Of a DNA stretch of 64,000 nucleotides, positions 22,450 through 35,400 are shown in pieces. The stretch is from assembly GCA_004431415.1 (NCBI GenBank), contig QPMI01000571.1, positions 1-64,000 on the forward strand, in the 5' to 3' direction. The notes under the pieces were generated by a model. The model was not told the DNA's origin. It saw only the letters and a program-made list of their open reading frames with translations, and ran no database searches. The stretch is from Cyanophora paradoxa CCMP329. Taxonomy: Eukaryota; Plantae; Glaucophyta. Every line of letters starts with the position of its first letter. The first letter of the stretch is position 1. The translations under genes were made by a program, and so were the position numbers.

Positions 22450-23733
22450 TGATAATATAATTATAACACGCACGCGAACCGGGCCGGCCCGGCCGGGGCT
22501 GAGGCCGGGCGCCGGCGCCGGCCCGGCGGGGGCCGGCGCCGGCCGGTGGCTGGCGCCGGGCCGGAGCCCTCGATATCGATATCGACCACCCGGATTCACC
22601 CCTCCCAAAATATAAAAGAGTTTTATGTCACTGGTTGGGCCGGGGGCCGCGGCCCGTGGCCGCGGGGCTTTGCAATTAATATTGGAGGTGCCATATGCAT
22701 ACATGCAAGACCCGGCCGGGGATGATCATGCATGAGGCCCGGCCTAGGGTGCCTCGCCGGGAAATTATTTTAGATTAAAAGTACTCGAAAATCTCGAAAA
22801 GTTTGTTTGTAATTTTTGCCACGTATACGTACATGCATATGACGGTACATCTGTCAGATTTAAAAAAATAGTTCGTGCTGAAAAAGACACCATTCAAGTT
22901 CGTGGCACGAACTTCGGAATTTGGCTTCAAGTTGAGCCAGATTTGAAGAGTGTCGAGCGGGATGAATCGGACAGCCGGGATACTAGTACTGTGACAGTGT
23001 GACACACACACAGTCCGCTAACAACTTGTGAGTCAATTGCAAGTTGTGACAGCGGGGCAGATCCAGCCGGTAATAGGCCCGGTATACAGTACTATGATAC
23101 CGCCACCGTGCGCCACGGCGGTATAGCGCAGCCATTAGCCTAGTAGCGCACTGCGGCAAGCCCGGCCTCTACGTATACCGGCCGCCTGCCGGTAGGCTGG
23201 CGGTAGCCGGCGCCCGGCCGGCCCGGCGGTATACGTATACGTGTGAGACGGCCCGCGGTGTGACCGTCCGACGGTCGGAGGCCGCACGCAGTGCCACAGT
23301 GCCCCTGACACGGCCTCCTGTACATGTGCCACGCACTGCAGTCTGCACTGACTCTGCAGTCTGCACTTCTTACAAGTTAGGAGCGCGCGTGCTTCTAAAT
23401 CTTAGCCCACCCAGGGTAGTAGGATCATCGCGATCGGTATCGGCGCTCATCGCCCGTCTCCCCCGCGGCCCGCCGGTCCGACGGACGTCTCCCGAATCCG
23501 GAGCCCGCCGGCAGCGTCAGCGTACGCGCGCGTCATCGATATCGTCAGCTACCGTAGTACCGTCTCCCGAGTCCCGGCCGCGGCACGCGCGTTCCCGCCG
23601 GTCCACTAGTACCTTCCGACAGAGTGGCTAGCAGCTATCATAGTATTAATATTGTAAGAACCGGCCGCGGCTGGTCGGTCCTCAGCTGCGCATGCTACTC
23701 CGCGTACGCGGCGACTGCGCGCGCCATCCAAGC

Positions 23734-26700
23734 ATGCAGCCCCATCACGCCCGCGGCGCCGGCCGGCCGCGGGGCGTCCTCTCTCTACATGTGCTGGTTG
23801 TGCTTGCAGTCAGTGCGCCGGCGCCGACCACGCAGCACTAGAACTGATGCTTGCTCGCTGCTATAGGGAATCGCGGGCCGCGGCTGACTCGCTGTCGCAG
23901 CTTTGGCCGTGGCCGCCCTTCCTTCGTTGGCGAGCGCGGAGCGGTGCCAGCCGTGGACCCCTAAGGCGATCGCAACGGACGCGTCTGGGACCTGGGTCAC
24001 TTTCGGCGGCGATGACGGCCCGACCGTAGGCAATTACGGCGACTTGGTTTACGAATGGTGCGCAATCTATATATATATAGCTATATATAGCTACGAACTC
24101 ACCGGTCGGTGGTCTCGGCCGCGGGCTAATCTAACGAGCGCGTACGCGTGCGCAGGGTGATCACCGGGCCGGCCGGTTACATTCACCAGATCGAGGTCCT
24201 CTCGTTCACGGCGGGCGCTTACACGACCTGGCTACCGATACTGTCGGTCCGTCTTCAAGCTTGATTACGCCGCTTTGGCGGGCACCGCTGTCTCACTGTT
24301 CAAGCGCTCGCAGCTCTACGACGGGGGGCACATTCGCAGCAAGTACGTCGGACTGGTTTACGGAGGCGACGCCATGCCCGTCTCCTTCACCAGCTCTGGC
24401 AACGTCATTTATGCTCAGTTATCATCGTCATCTACCTCTGGTTACTCGGGAATCTTCAGAGCCCGCGTGCGAAGCGTGAGGCTGGTTCCGATATCAGGTG
24501 AGCTCTCCTGCGAGACGCGTACGCTGAGCCTATAACCGGCCTTTCGACAGGGAATCTCGTAGTCGACGGCGACGGCGAGCGCATCCAGCAGAGTTCATCC
24601 TTCCGGCCCCTGACCGACAGCTCGTACTTCTGCGATCCCATGTCCAGGTTCCCCGACCTTGCCTCCGGCAAGCAGAGCTGGTCGCAGTACACCGTATCGG
24701 CGGGCCTTCTGTCCACGGCCGGCGCTGTATTCGCCGTGCGCCCCTGCAGCCGCGAAGTGTTCACCGACCTCAACGCCCAGCACATTGGCGGCCGCGCCGT
24801 CTGCCCCGCCGACAACTCGAACAAGGTCTTCTTCCTTGGCGGATGCGCAGACGGCAAGGAGACGGTGAGATCAAGGTTTTCCTCCGGCATCCAGCAGCTG
24901 ATAGCCCTCCAGGATAACGGGCAGGACGGCCGAGACATCTTCTCTTACCAAAACATCACACTCCCGGAAACATCCTGGGAAGCCATCGGTGCGGATCTGA
25001 GCCTCAGGCGCTGCTTTGGATCGAATCTTCAGTTGACTTTCGCACTATAGATGCGGGGAGAGCCGTTGTACACATTTCTGCCTCCTTGGGGCGCCGAGCG
25101 CAGTGGGACAGGCGCAACAACGACGGTCTGCGCTGATATACTTTACCTTGCTGCCCTGACTTTTTTACCTTGCTGCGCTGATTCTTTTCCCCACAGGACA
25201 GCCAAGGCTTGGGGTGTGCTGATCGTAATTCTTGCTCACATCGCGCACATGCCTAGGTTTAATTTTATACATCAACCCCGGCCCCGCGCAGACGGAGCGA
25301 GCGCACGTCTTTGGGCACTTCCTACCCGCGACAGGAGAAGAGAATCTCCAGTCCCCGTTGAATTTTCTCTCTGCCGGGAGCAGCATGGGCTCCTTTCAGA
25401 TTCTCGACCGCTGTGCCGACACCTGCTATCCCAACTGGGGCGACTACTGTCAGACGGAAGGCGACGGCCGAATTGTCCCCAAATACAACAAAGGATACGA
25501 CTACTTTGAACGGTACACGTACACGATGAAAATACCGCAAGGCGCGCGGCGGGTCAGGCTTGTGTTGGGCTTCCGTGACGGCAACGGTTCGTTTTCGCGC
25601 GTATAATAATTCCCAGCAGGTAATCATAATCCCCTCGCGCAGTTGGAGACAACTGGTACGACGCGTTTGCGGATGACATTTCTCTCCGCATATATGGTCC
25701 GCGCAATTCTTCTCTCTGGCCTCTAAAATTTTATTCTAATCTAAATCATTAGAGCCGGCCTCGTACGCGTGTTCGTGCACGAGCACCTCGTGCTCGTCGT
25801 ATAATCCTTGTGCGATCTCCGCGCCCGCGTCTGGGGCCTGGACCACGGTTTTTGACGATGGAAGCGGGGCCTCTAAGTACGCGCCGAACTCCGATCTCAG
25901 ATGGTTCGTACATTTTAGCCACTGGTTCAGGCCTATAGCGAGGGTCGGGCATCTATATATATAGCTAGATCTGACGGCGCGCGCAGGCTAATCACGGCGC
26001 CGACTGACCGAGCGGTTGAGGTCCAGCTTGTTGCGCTTGATCTCGACACCAATTATGATTTCGTGACGGTGGGTTGGGTTTCGAGCTTTCAGCGTGGATT
26101 GCAACTGCCGTCTGAACCGCTGGCGTCAGGTATACGACGGCAACTGGCCGGGTGCAGCGGTGCTCGGAAAGACGTCTGGAATTTCGAACACCCCCGTTTC
26201 ATTCACGACAAGCGGAAACCAGGCGCTCGTTCGATTAACATCAGACTTCACGGAGCAGTGGGGAGGCTTCTCGGCTCGCGTTCGCAGCGTACCCAAGCCA
26301 ACGCCGTCGCCCAGCCCGACTCCATCTCCAAGCGCCACCCCAGCTCCTTTGTGCTCAACGTACACGCCTTGCACGATTGCGACTGCTGCTTCGGGGAACT
26401 GGGTTAGCTTCGACGACGGCAGCGGTTCTTCAAACTATGCTCTGAGCCTCAACTACAAGTGGTGAGAGCCGTCTGCATTACACTTACTGAGGAAGCCTGG
26501 GCCGGGGTCCTATATTAGCTAGACCTGTTCGGGCAAGATTTAATCAGCGCTTTGCAGGTCGATCACGGCCCCAGCTGGCTACTTAGTGCAGATCGAGTTC
26601 ACCGCTTTCAGTGTTGAAGCCGAGTGGGATTGGGTGGAGGTGCGTGATATCGATAGGGGCTCCGGTAATGCTGATTGCGATGCTGATCATGATGCTCTCA

Positions 26701-29700
26701 CGTGCACATGAACAGGTGTACGACGGAACGAGCACCACCTCGCCAAAGTTGGCCCGTCTCACAGGGGACCTTGCATCGCCCGCCTCTTTTACGACGACCG
26801 GGAACGCGGCCTACATCTGGTTCCACTCGGATAGTTACGTAACGGGGGCCGGCTTCTCCGCGCGCGTTCGGAGCGTCCCGAGACCTACCTCTACCCCAAG
26901 CCCCAGCCCTTCTCCAACGCCCTCTGCAACGCCCAGCCCGTCCCCTTTGCCCACGCCCCCCCCTCTTTGTACATCATACAGCCCCTGCACAATCGCTGCC
27001 TCTGGGGCATGGATCACGTTCGACGACGGCAGCGGGACCAGCAACTATGCAAGCTACACCAACAAGAAATGGTGCGATACCTAGTTATAGGTATAGGCCT
27101 GCTGTTTGTGCATCTGCACCGCTCAGTGCTGATTTTTTATTTCATGAATTGCGTGCAGGCTGATTACGGTGCCGGCGGGATCATTCGTGCAGATCGAATT
27201 CACTTCTTTCGACGTGGAAAACTACTTTGACTCTGTCTATGTGCGCACGATCGCGATCGCGAGCTTAAGCTTCGAGCCTTTGTAAGCTAAGCTTGCAATA
27301 TTAAGACTAACGTGTGTCTTAGGTCTATGATGGCAGCAGCGCTGCTGGAGCGCAGTTAGTCAAGCTCACTGGAAACATGACGGCGTATTTGCCGCTCTCA
27401 TACAAGACGACCGAGAACGCAGCGTACATCGTGTTCACGTCTGACTCGGTCGTCAACTACGCCGGCTTTACTGCACGGGTGCGGAGCGTTCCCAAGCCAA
27501 CCCCGACGCCGAGTCCTACCCCGCCGCCCTTGTGCCCCACATATGCGCCTTGCACGATTGCGACTGCTGCTTCGGGGGACTGGATTAGCTTCGACGACGG
27601 CAGCGGTTCTTCGAACTATGCTCTGAACCTCGACTACAAGTGGTGAGAGCCGTCTGTGCTAAACTTCAGCTTATGATTACTGTTGAAGCCTGAGCGTACT
27701 CTGATCGGCGGGTACAGGTTGATCACGGCTCCAGCTGGCTACTTGGTGCAGATCGAGTTCACCGCTTTCAGTGTTGAATACCAGTACGATTGGGTTAGGG
27801 TACGACACGTGCGGGCCGTATACGTAGGAGATGCATCTAGATCTGATTATCGGTTGCTCCGCAGATCCATGATGGAATCGACACGAATGCCGCCGTTCTG
27901 GCCCACCTTTCTGGCTATGCATTGCCGGCGACGACGTCCTACACGACGTCGGGAAAAGCAGCATACATTCGTTTCGTTTCAGACTATACTGGAACGAGTA
28001 CCGGCTTCTCGGTGCGCGTGAGAAGCGTACCGAAACCAAGCCCCTCGCCGAGCCCGACGCCAAGCCCGTCGCCTTCGCCGTCGCGGACGCCCAGCCCTAG
28101 GCCTAGCCCCACATCGACGGCCAGCCCGACGCCGAGCCCGTCGCCTTCGCCCAGCCCATCGCCCTCACGTGCTCCCAGCCCCTCACCGACGCGCACGCCA
28201 ATTCCAAGCCCGTCGCCAACGCCCAGCCCCAGTCCCACTGTGACCCCTCGACCTACATCAATCCCACCTACAACGCCGTCGACGTCGGCAAGCCCGGCGC
28301 CGGCATTCTCTGTCTCTGTCACTCCGAGCCCGAGCCCTGCTTCATCCGCGACGCCCAGCCCCAGCCCGTCGCGATCGGCGTCACCGACCCCGTCACGAAC
28401 GCCCAGCCCAACCCCTTCCTTCATTCCTTCGCCGCCACCCAGTCCGACTCCATCCGCCACATCTTCGCCAACGCCTTCCCCAACGGCGATGCCAAGCGTC
28501 AGCGCATTGCCGTCGCCAACGGCTGCTCCTCTCTGCCCATCTTTCAACCCCTGCACGATCAACACAGCGGCTGCTGGGAATTTGAATGTGTCAGGCGCAT
28601 TTGCGTGGATTAGCTTCGATGACGGCAGCGGCGACAGCGACTACGCAAACGACGTCGTTAATAAGTGGTGCGCGTGCGATGTTGATGCCGACTTTAATCA
28701 TAATTGCACGACCAATACTGACCTGCTTTTTGCCCATTGTGCAGGCTAATCATAGCACCAAACAACACGGTTGTCGAAATCGAATTCACCCTCTTCGAGC
28801 TCGAGAACTCATACGATTACGTATATGTGCGCATCGAAATTCCGCGTCGCATGCGCGTTTGTGGAGTTGGAGCTGATTCTGTTTTCATCAGATCTACGAC
28901 GGCGATAGCGCCACCGCGGTGCAGCTGGCACAGCTTACGGGGTTCCAGGCCGAGACACTCTCGTTCACGACGGCAGGGAACACAGCCTTCATCGTCTTCG
29001 CTTCCGACGAATCGTACACCTATGCCGGATTTTCTGCACGCGTGCGGAGCGTTCCCAAATTAAATACGACAGCACCACCATCTCTATGCTCGTCATACAC
29101 GCCGTGCACGATTGCGACCGCTGCTTCCGGGGACTGGATTAGCTTCGACGACGGCAGTGGCAGCGCGAACTATATATGCTTTAAATCTCGACTACCAGTG
29201 GTGAGAGCCGTTTACGTTGCAATTAAATTGTGCTTAGCTAGCTGATGGAGCTTGCAATTGAGTGCTGCCTGGCGCGCCCTCGTGCAGGCTTATAACAGCT
29301 CCAGCTGGCTACTTGGTGCAGATCGAATTTACTGCAATTAGTGTCGAACTTTCCTATGACTTCGTTTCGGTGCGCATTTTAGATTCTTGAATCTCTAAAC
29401 TATTCGTAACTTTTTCGCGCAGGTTTACGACGGCAGCAGCCCCTCTGACGGCCTGCTGGATCAGCTGAGCGGTGAATATGCATCGCCGGTGTCATACACA
29501 ACGACGGGGAATGCCGCGTGCATCCGGTTCGTTTCGGACTACGTCATCACCTGGGCCGGATTTTCCGCACGTGTTCGAAGCGTCCCAAAACCAAGCCCAA
29601 CGCCCAGCCCTATCGCGACGCCAATGGCAAGCCCGTCACCTTCGCCATCGCGGACGCCCAGCCCCAGCCCGAGTCCCGCTTCATCCGCAACGCCCAGCCC

Positions 29701-31341
29701 AACGTTAACCCCGTCGCGCACGCCCAGCCCCAGCCCCAGCCCATTTAGGACCCCGTCCCCTTCCCCGTCGTCATTGCCACGCACGTCGCCAACGCCTCTG
29801 GCGATTGCAACTTCGAAGCCAACTCCGTCCTCGCAACCTGAGCCATCAGATCGTGAACCCCCACCGCCGGCGCCCACGCCATCCGCCGATGATCGTTTAG
29901 TCGCAACTCCGACCCCCGTCCAGCTGCCGACTACCCCGGGACCGCCCGCTGATCATGAACCAGTCCGCATTCGCGGCCTTAAGTTGGCAGCTCGCATCGA
30001 TCAATCGACCGGTGGCTCTGTCTTCCCCGGCTCCATCGTTATGGTCCTGTTCCAGATGGAGTTTACCGGCGGTTCGGCGTACGACTGGAACATCGACTTT
30101 GCGCTGCTGCCGAGCACTTCTTCGTCCGTCGCCTGCACCAACGGCGCCACCGTCGGCTCCACCACCGGTTTGCTCCGTTGGACCGTCCCGTCGCTTGCCA
30201 GCTGTCCGTCGGGCGTCGTGGAGTTTCAGGTCTACGCCTCCCCGAAAGACAGCATGGAAGCGAATGCGGGCGTTCTTTTCACGCACCAGCTGACCATCTC
30301 CCGCCCTTCATCGGATGCGTTACCAACGCCGGCAGCGGCTGCCCCCGCCGCGTATGTCGCGGCCTGCAACATCACTCTGGATATGGACTTCGCGACATGG
30401 ACCGAAGCTTCCGCCAGCCAATTCCGGGAGCGCCTTGCAAGGGAGCTACAGATCTCTTCCGATCGGATCGTCATCAGGACGGCGGTAGCGGGAAGTGTCA
30501 AGCTGTCTTTCGAGATTTTGGATCGCGCTTCGAGCGCTTCTGCCGGTGCCTGAGCGTTCTTGCGTGATTGAGAGCTTCGACTCGACTTGCTGATCGTTGA
30601 TGGGCAGAGCTGTCAACGGCGGAGGCGTCCGCGCTCCTTCGAACCCTGGCAGCGGCTGGATCTCTGCGGCTCGGAGCGACCATGCCCATCAAGCCCAACT
30701 CCGTCATCGTCCAGTTGACGGCGCTGCAGCAAGCTGCAGGGACCCCTGCACCTGGTCCTGGCAACGCAGCCGGGGGGTCAGCTCCGACGTCGCCTGCCCC
30801 AACGACATCGACGGCAGACGGCGGCGGCTCCGGATCCGGAATGATGATCGCGATTGGCGCTGGGGTCGCCGCGGGCGTCGCTGTCGTTGGGGCAATCGCG
30901 GGCTTCTTCGCCTTCCGGACGTACAAGTCCCGAAAGCTACGGCTGGCCACCGCCGGCCGGTCCACGGCATCTAAGGCGGCGCCAACTGCGATCCCAGCCG
31001 CAGCCGCGGCTTCCCATCCCCCAGGAGGCCAGCTGCAGCCCGCAGTGTCCAGCGACCCGTTCATGCTCGAGGAGGTGGACATCGACCTTGGAATGGACGT
31101 CGACCGCCGCGGCCCGGGGCCGCGAGGAGAGCCGAGGGGTGCAGCCGACGTCTCTCGGCCTTGGCCAGCTGCAGCGTCTCTCATGGCGCCCGCGCACCTG
31201 TTCTCGATGCCAGATGGCACGACAGGTGGGGCCGGTAGTGCTCCCCCTCCGCCGGGCGCCTCCAAAGACACGCGTTTCATGAGCCTGTTAGACATTGTCA
31301 ATATGAATGCCGGATCTAGCAATGTGCATGTACATGTATAG
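23734..31341 (+). CDS. Type I membrane/surface protein: signal peptide, 7 CUB domains, an FBA/galactose-binding-like domain, (Ser/Thr-Pro)n linkers, a SEA-like domain, TM helix and cytoplasmic tail
   Basis: Seven repeats of NY...W.ITAP.G..V.IEFT.F.VE..YD.V.VYDG...TTGN.A.I.F.SD....GFSARVRS. PSPSPTPS tracts at 28030-28530 and 29585-29830. RIVIRTAVAGSVKLSFEIL, then TM MIAIGAGVAAGVAVVGAIAGFFAF-RTYKSRK. An alternative in-frame ATG lies at 23692, and there is a +4 frameshift at about 29174. Confidence 0.87.
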
Positions 31342-32494
31342 TAGCTTAGGAAAGATTAAATTATTCTCTGCAAGCTAGCCTGTAGCTATAGCTAGTAGCT
31401 CACGATCGATTTTCGCTTGTTAATTTCTAGCTTTCTAGCTAGATCTGTGCAGAAACCATCACTGGTACCCCAGGCAAGCTGCTGAGGACGGATATCTAGA
31501 TAGCCGGAGACGTATGCAGGGGTGGGGGGGGGGGAGGGAGGGGAGCCGGAAGCGAAACGTTACTATCACGGGAGCCTACCCTGCTATCTCTGCTCTCTCC
31601 CGCTCTACGGCAACCAGATCTAAGCATTCCTTACTGTGTTGCACCCCTCGCGGTGCATATATAAAGCGCAGGTGATCGTGGAGCCTTTTTGAAGCACGAG
31701 CTGTTTGACGGCTGGCGCAAACCGTAAAAACGTCGAGCACCCGGCCCGGGCCCGGCTCGGAGGAACTTAAGCGCTAGCTTCGAATACGTGCAGTGCTGCT
31801 GCAGAAGGAAGCGCGTGAAGTGGAGGGCAGGAATTCGAAGGGCGGAGCGGGCCCGGAGCTGTCGGATATCGAATTCGAGGAGACTGTAGCTGCACCACGG
31901 CCCGTTTTGTTGGCCCCGGGGGCGCGGATCGCCAAGGTGGAGCAGCGCAGCGGAGGGAGTGCCGATGTAGGATGAATTTTCATGCAGATTCAGACCTGTT
32001 CGTGCCGCTCAGCGGCTAGGTCTCCAGCTTTCCCTTCTAATAAATTGGTCGAAAACTCTTTCTAATAAATTGGTCAAAAAGTATATGCATGCACCCGCAG
32101 AAATCATGCCCGGGTATTCCATGATGCACCCCGCAGGGCCCGCGGGGCAGGCTGCATTTAATCCAGCTGCGTTCAACTCGAACACATTGCAGGCTAAGAG
32201 ACATCGAAAGCATGCGAAAAGCTCGAAACGCGAACTAGCACATGTACCACAAACGAAATCGAATTCAAACAAAATGTCGACGTCCGCGCGTGTTCATGAT
32301 CAGATGCTAGCTGTAGCCACTGCAAATATGGTATCCTGCTGCGGTCTTAACTTCTCATTTATCAATGTACATGTGCTCGTCCTTTATTCAATTTAGTCTC
32401 AGAGTCTCAGAGTCTCAGAGTCTTGTAAGATCTCTACAGTTACCTACGTATAGAGGGTTTTTATCGGAAAGAACTTCGAATTCATCAATCAATT

Positions 32495-35400
32495 CTAGGC
32501 ACCGCGGCAGCCTCCGACGGCGAAGTGCGCCGCCGCCACCGCCGCCAAGGCGGCGAAAAGGAGGGCGAGCGCGGCCGAGGGGCGCGGGGCGGCCGCGGCG
32601 GATGCGTCGAGGAGGCGGGTCGAGAAGGGCATGATCACGGAGTCGGCCTGGGACGAGTACGAGAAGTCCGCCCCCTCCGGCGCCGAGAAGAAGGCGAACT
32701 GCGCATGCGCGCGGCGCTCAATTTCGCCGGCGGCTTTAGATTTCCTTTCAAATTCGATCTTCGTACCGTGGTGAGGTGGCTGCAGGTGGCGACGAAGGCT
32801 GTCGAGGCGTTCGAGGGGCGGCGCGCCTCCCCTCCGCAGGCCTTCTCGTTGACCCAGCGCCCCACGTTCTCGTTCCAGTACAGAAGCACAGCTGCGCGAA
32901 GCCGGTCAGAATTCGTACATGTCTTGCTTGCTGCAACAGGGACGACGCGGATCGGACCCTTCGTGCCGTTCGTCGCGAAGTTCTGGGGCGGGTTGTTGAA
33001 GGAGAAGGTGAAGGCGCCCTCCGCGCCCCGCCCGTCGAAGAGGCGCCGGCCGTCGAGCGAGCTCGCGTAGACCGTCATGATCTCGGACGCGATCCTGCGC
33101 ACTCGGCAGGTGAGCGAGCGGAGCGCCCGCGACCGCGGTCGCGAACGCACGTGGCGCCGCTGAAGGCGGTCGGGTACGGCGAGGCGCCCGCCTCGGCGGT
33201 CTCGAGGGACAGGACGACCTCCGCGTCCGCGCCGGCCCCCGCGGAGAGGCCCGCGGGCGAGAGGCTGACTTGGACTCCGCCAGACACGGAGGAGAGCACG
33301 CCGCCCGCGCCGCCCGCGCTCGCCGCGCACACTGGCGATGGCGGCGTCAGAGGCAAAAGGCGCGAAATTGGCGTAAATCGGCGACGGCCGCGGATCCATG
33401 GAGAGCGCGCGCACCGGTCGAGATGCGGGCGTTGCCGAAGGTGTAAGGGTCGGCGCCGCACACGGGGGGCCGCTGCAGGTACGCCAGCTGGCGCTGCGAG
33501 GCGGCGACGAGGGAGAGCACCCGGCTGGAGACGGCGGGCGGCCGCGCGCCCGTGACGTTGGCCGAGACGCTGCGGAGCGCGGCGAAGAGGCTGCTCTGCG
33601 CGCTCGCGTCGGCCGCCGCGTCGGGGAAGGCCGCAGGGTAGCTGGCGACGAGGCCGGAGAGGAACGAGGCGAGGGCGGTCAGGTTCCCGTCGGCGAAGAG
33701 CGGCGCCTGCGTCGACTCAGCGCGCGAGTCCTTGAAATTGGAGGGAAATTCGAGCGCGTGCGCACGTTCTTGGAGAGCTTCGCGGAGACGGCCGAGAGCT
33801 GCTCCAACGCGTCGGGCGCGTAGCTGCGCGCGCCGCCGGCGGCGGCGGCCGTCGCGTTCCCGACGGCGGAGAGGGCGAGCTTGTCCGCGGTGGCCTGCAG
33901 CATGCCGAGCATGCCGCCGAGGGAAGAGGCGATCTCGGCGTCCTGCTGGAGCGCGCGGCGGCGGTGGCGCAGGCCGCGCGCGCTCGTCCCGAGGAGCGAC
34001 TCGAAGGCCGACGAGAGGATGTCGAGCGTGGAGAGGAGCGTGGCGGTGTCTCCGAGCTGGTTGAGCGAGCCGAGGACGCGGGCCGCCGAGAGGACGTAGC
34101 CGCGCCTGTCATCTGTGTACGCCTTCGGCACCGTCACGGTGACCAGGCCGAGCTTGTACCTGCGGACGGCCTCAGCGGGAAAGCGGCAGAGGCGCAATAA
34201 CGCCTCGCACATGACGGAGGCGCCGTCGACGTCGACGCAGAGAGCGAGGATGGCGAGCTCGCCGCTCGCGCCGTAGCCGCGCGGGAGGATCGCCTTGACG
34301 CTGCCGTCCGTCGACAGGCCCGAGATGGTGTAGCTGTCGAGGAGGGCGCGCTTCTGCTCGACGGCGTCCTCGATGACTCCCGCCTCTGAGTACTTCGCGA
34401 TGCTGGCGGGGTCGGAGTTGACCGCGCGGAACTGGTAGCGGAGGGGTTTCGACTCGTCCAGCGTGTCAAAGCCTGGGCGCGTGGGGAGGTGAGATGCGAG
34501 CACAGGGATATCGAGTAAAATGGCAGAGTTTGCGCGGCAGACCCGAGCACGAGATGTCAAAGACGGTGCTGATTTCCTCGCCCTTGTTGGGCGAGACGGA
34601 GCAGACGCCCGGCGTCGGCGGCGACGACGCCGTCACGGCGGCCTCGGAGTAGCCCTTGAGGCCGTCGGCGGTGGCGGAGAGGCGGAACGCGTACGTGGCC
34701 GACGGAGTGAGGACGTTAGGGGCGACCAGCATGTTCAGCGCGTTGTAGGGCGTCAGGCGCGTCGTCGGGTCGTCCAGCCGAATGTCTCCTTGGACGGCCT
34801 CGTAAAGCAGGGTCACGTTGGTCTTGTCCGTCTTGACGCTGCCCAGAAGCGGAAGCGGGAACGCGCGGTTGTGCCGCAGGGGCGACGTCGTCCGCGCGGT
34901 GACGGAAACGGCGGGCGTGCCCTCCGGAACGACTGCGACGGTCAGCGTGGCCGTGTTGGACGTCCGCGAGCCGAGCGTCGCGGTCGCCGTGATGGTCACC
35001 TTCTCCGCGCTTCCGGCCGAGGCTGGATCGAACTGCAAAGGCTCTCAGACGCTTATATATTGTTAGCAGGCTTTTTATTCCAGGATCGTCACCTCGTAGG
35101 AGGACCCCGAATTCGAGACGCTCGCGCCGTTGACAGTCCAGGCATACGTCGGAGTGCCGACCTGCAAGTCAGGGTCGCTGAACGACGTCTGAATGAGCTT
35201 CGTGGCGCCGCGGGCAACCGACTGCGCGGTGCCTGCGCTCGCGTCAAGGCGGACGTCGACGTTTCGGAGCCAGCACAGGGTGCGGCGCGGGTGCACACCG
35301 CCGACGAAGGTGAGGGTCACGGGCTGGGCCGCCACGTCGATGGACACCGGCACGGTGACGGGCGGGAGGCCGGGCGCCGTCACGGAGAGCGTCATCTCGA

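Noticed and set aside
18392-22997. 17-bp inverted match CTGTCACAGTACTAGTA / TACTAGTACTGTGACAG as TIRs
   Set aside because: The left copy is internal to element X, there is no TSD and it is built from the locally common palindromic words.
23575-23610. Possible canonical Helitron 3' end (GC hairpin then CTAG-T)
   Set aside because: It is a single copy with a weak stem and no identifiable 5' end, and CTAG is very common here.
31774-32400. Small ORFs between the convergent surface-protein genes
   Set aside because: They have no recognisable motifs or splice structure and are probably UTR or intergenic sequence.
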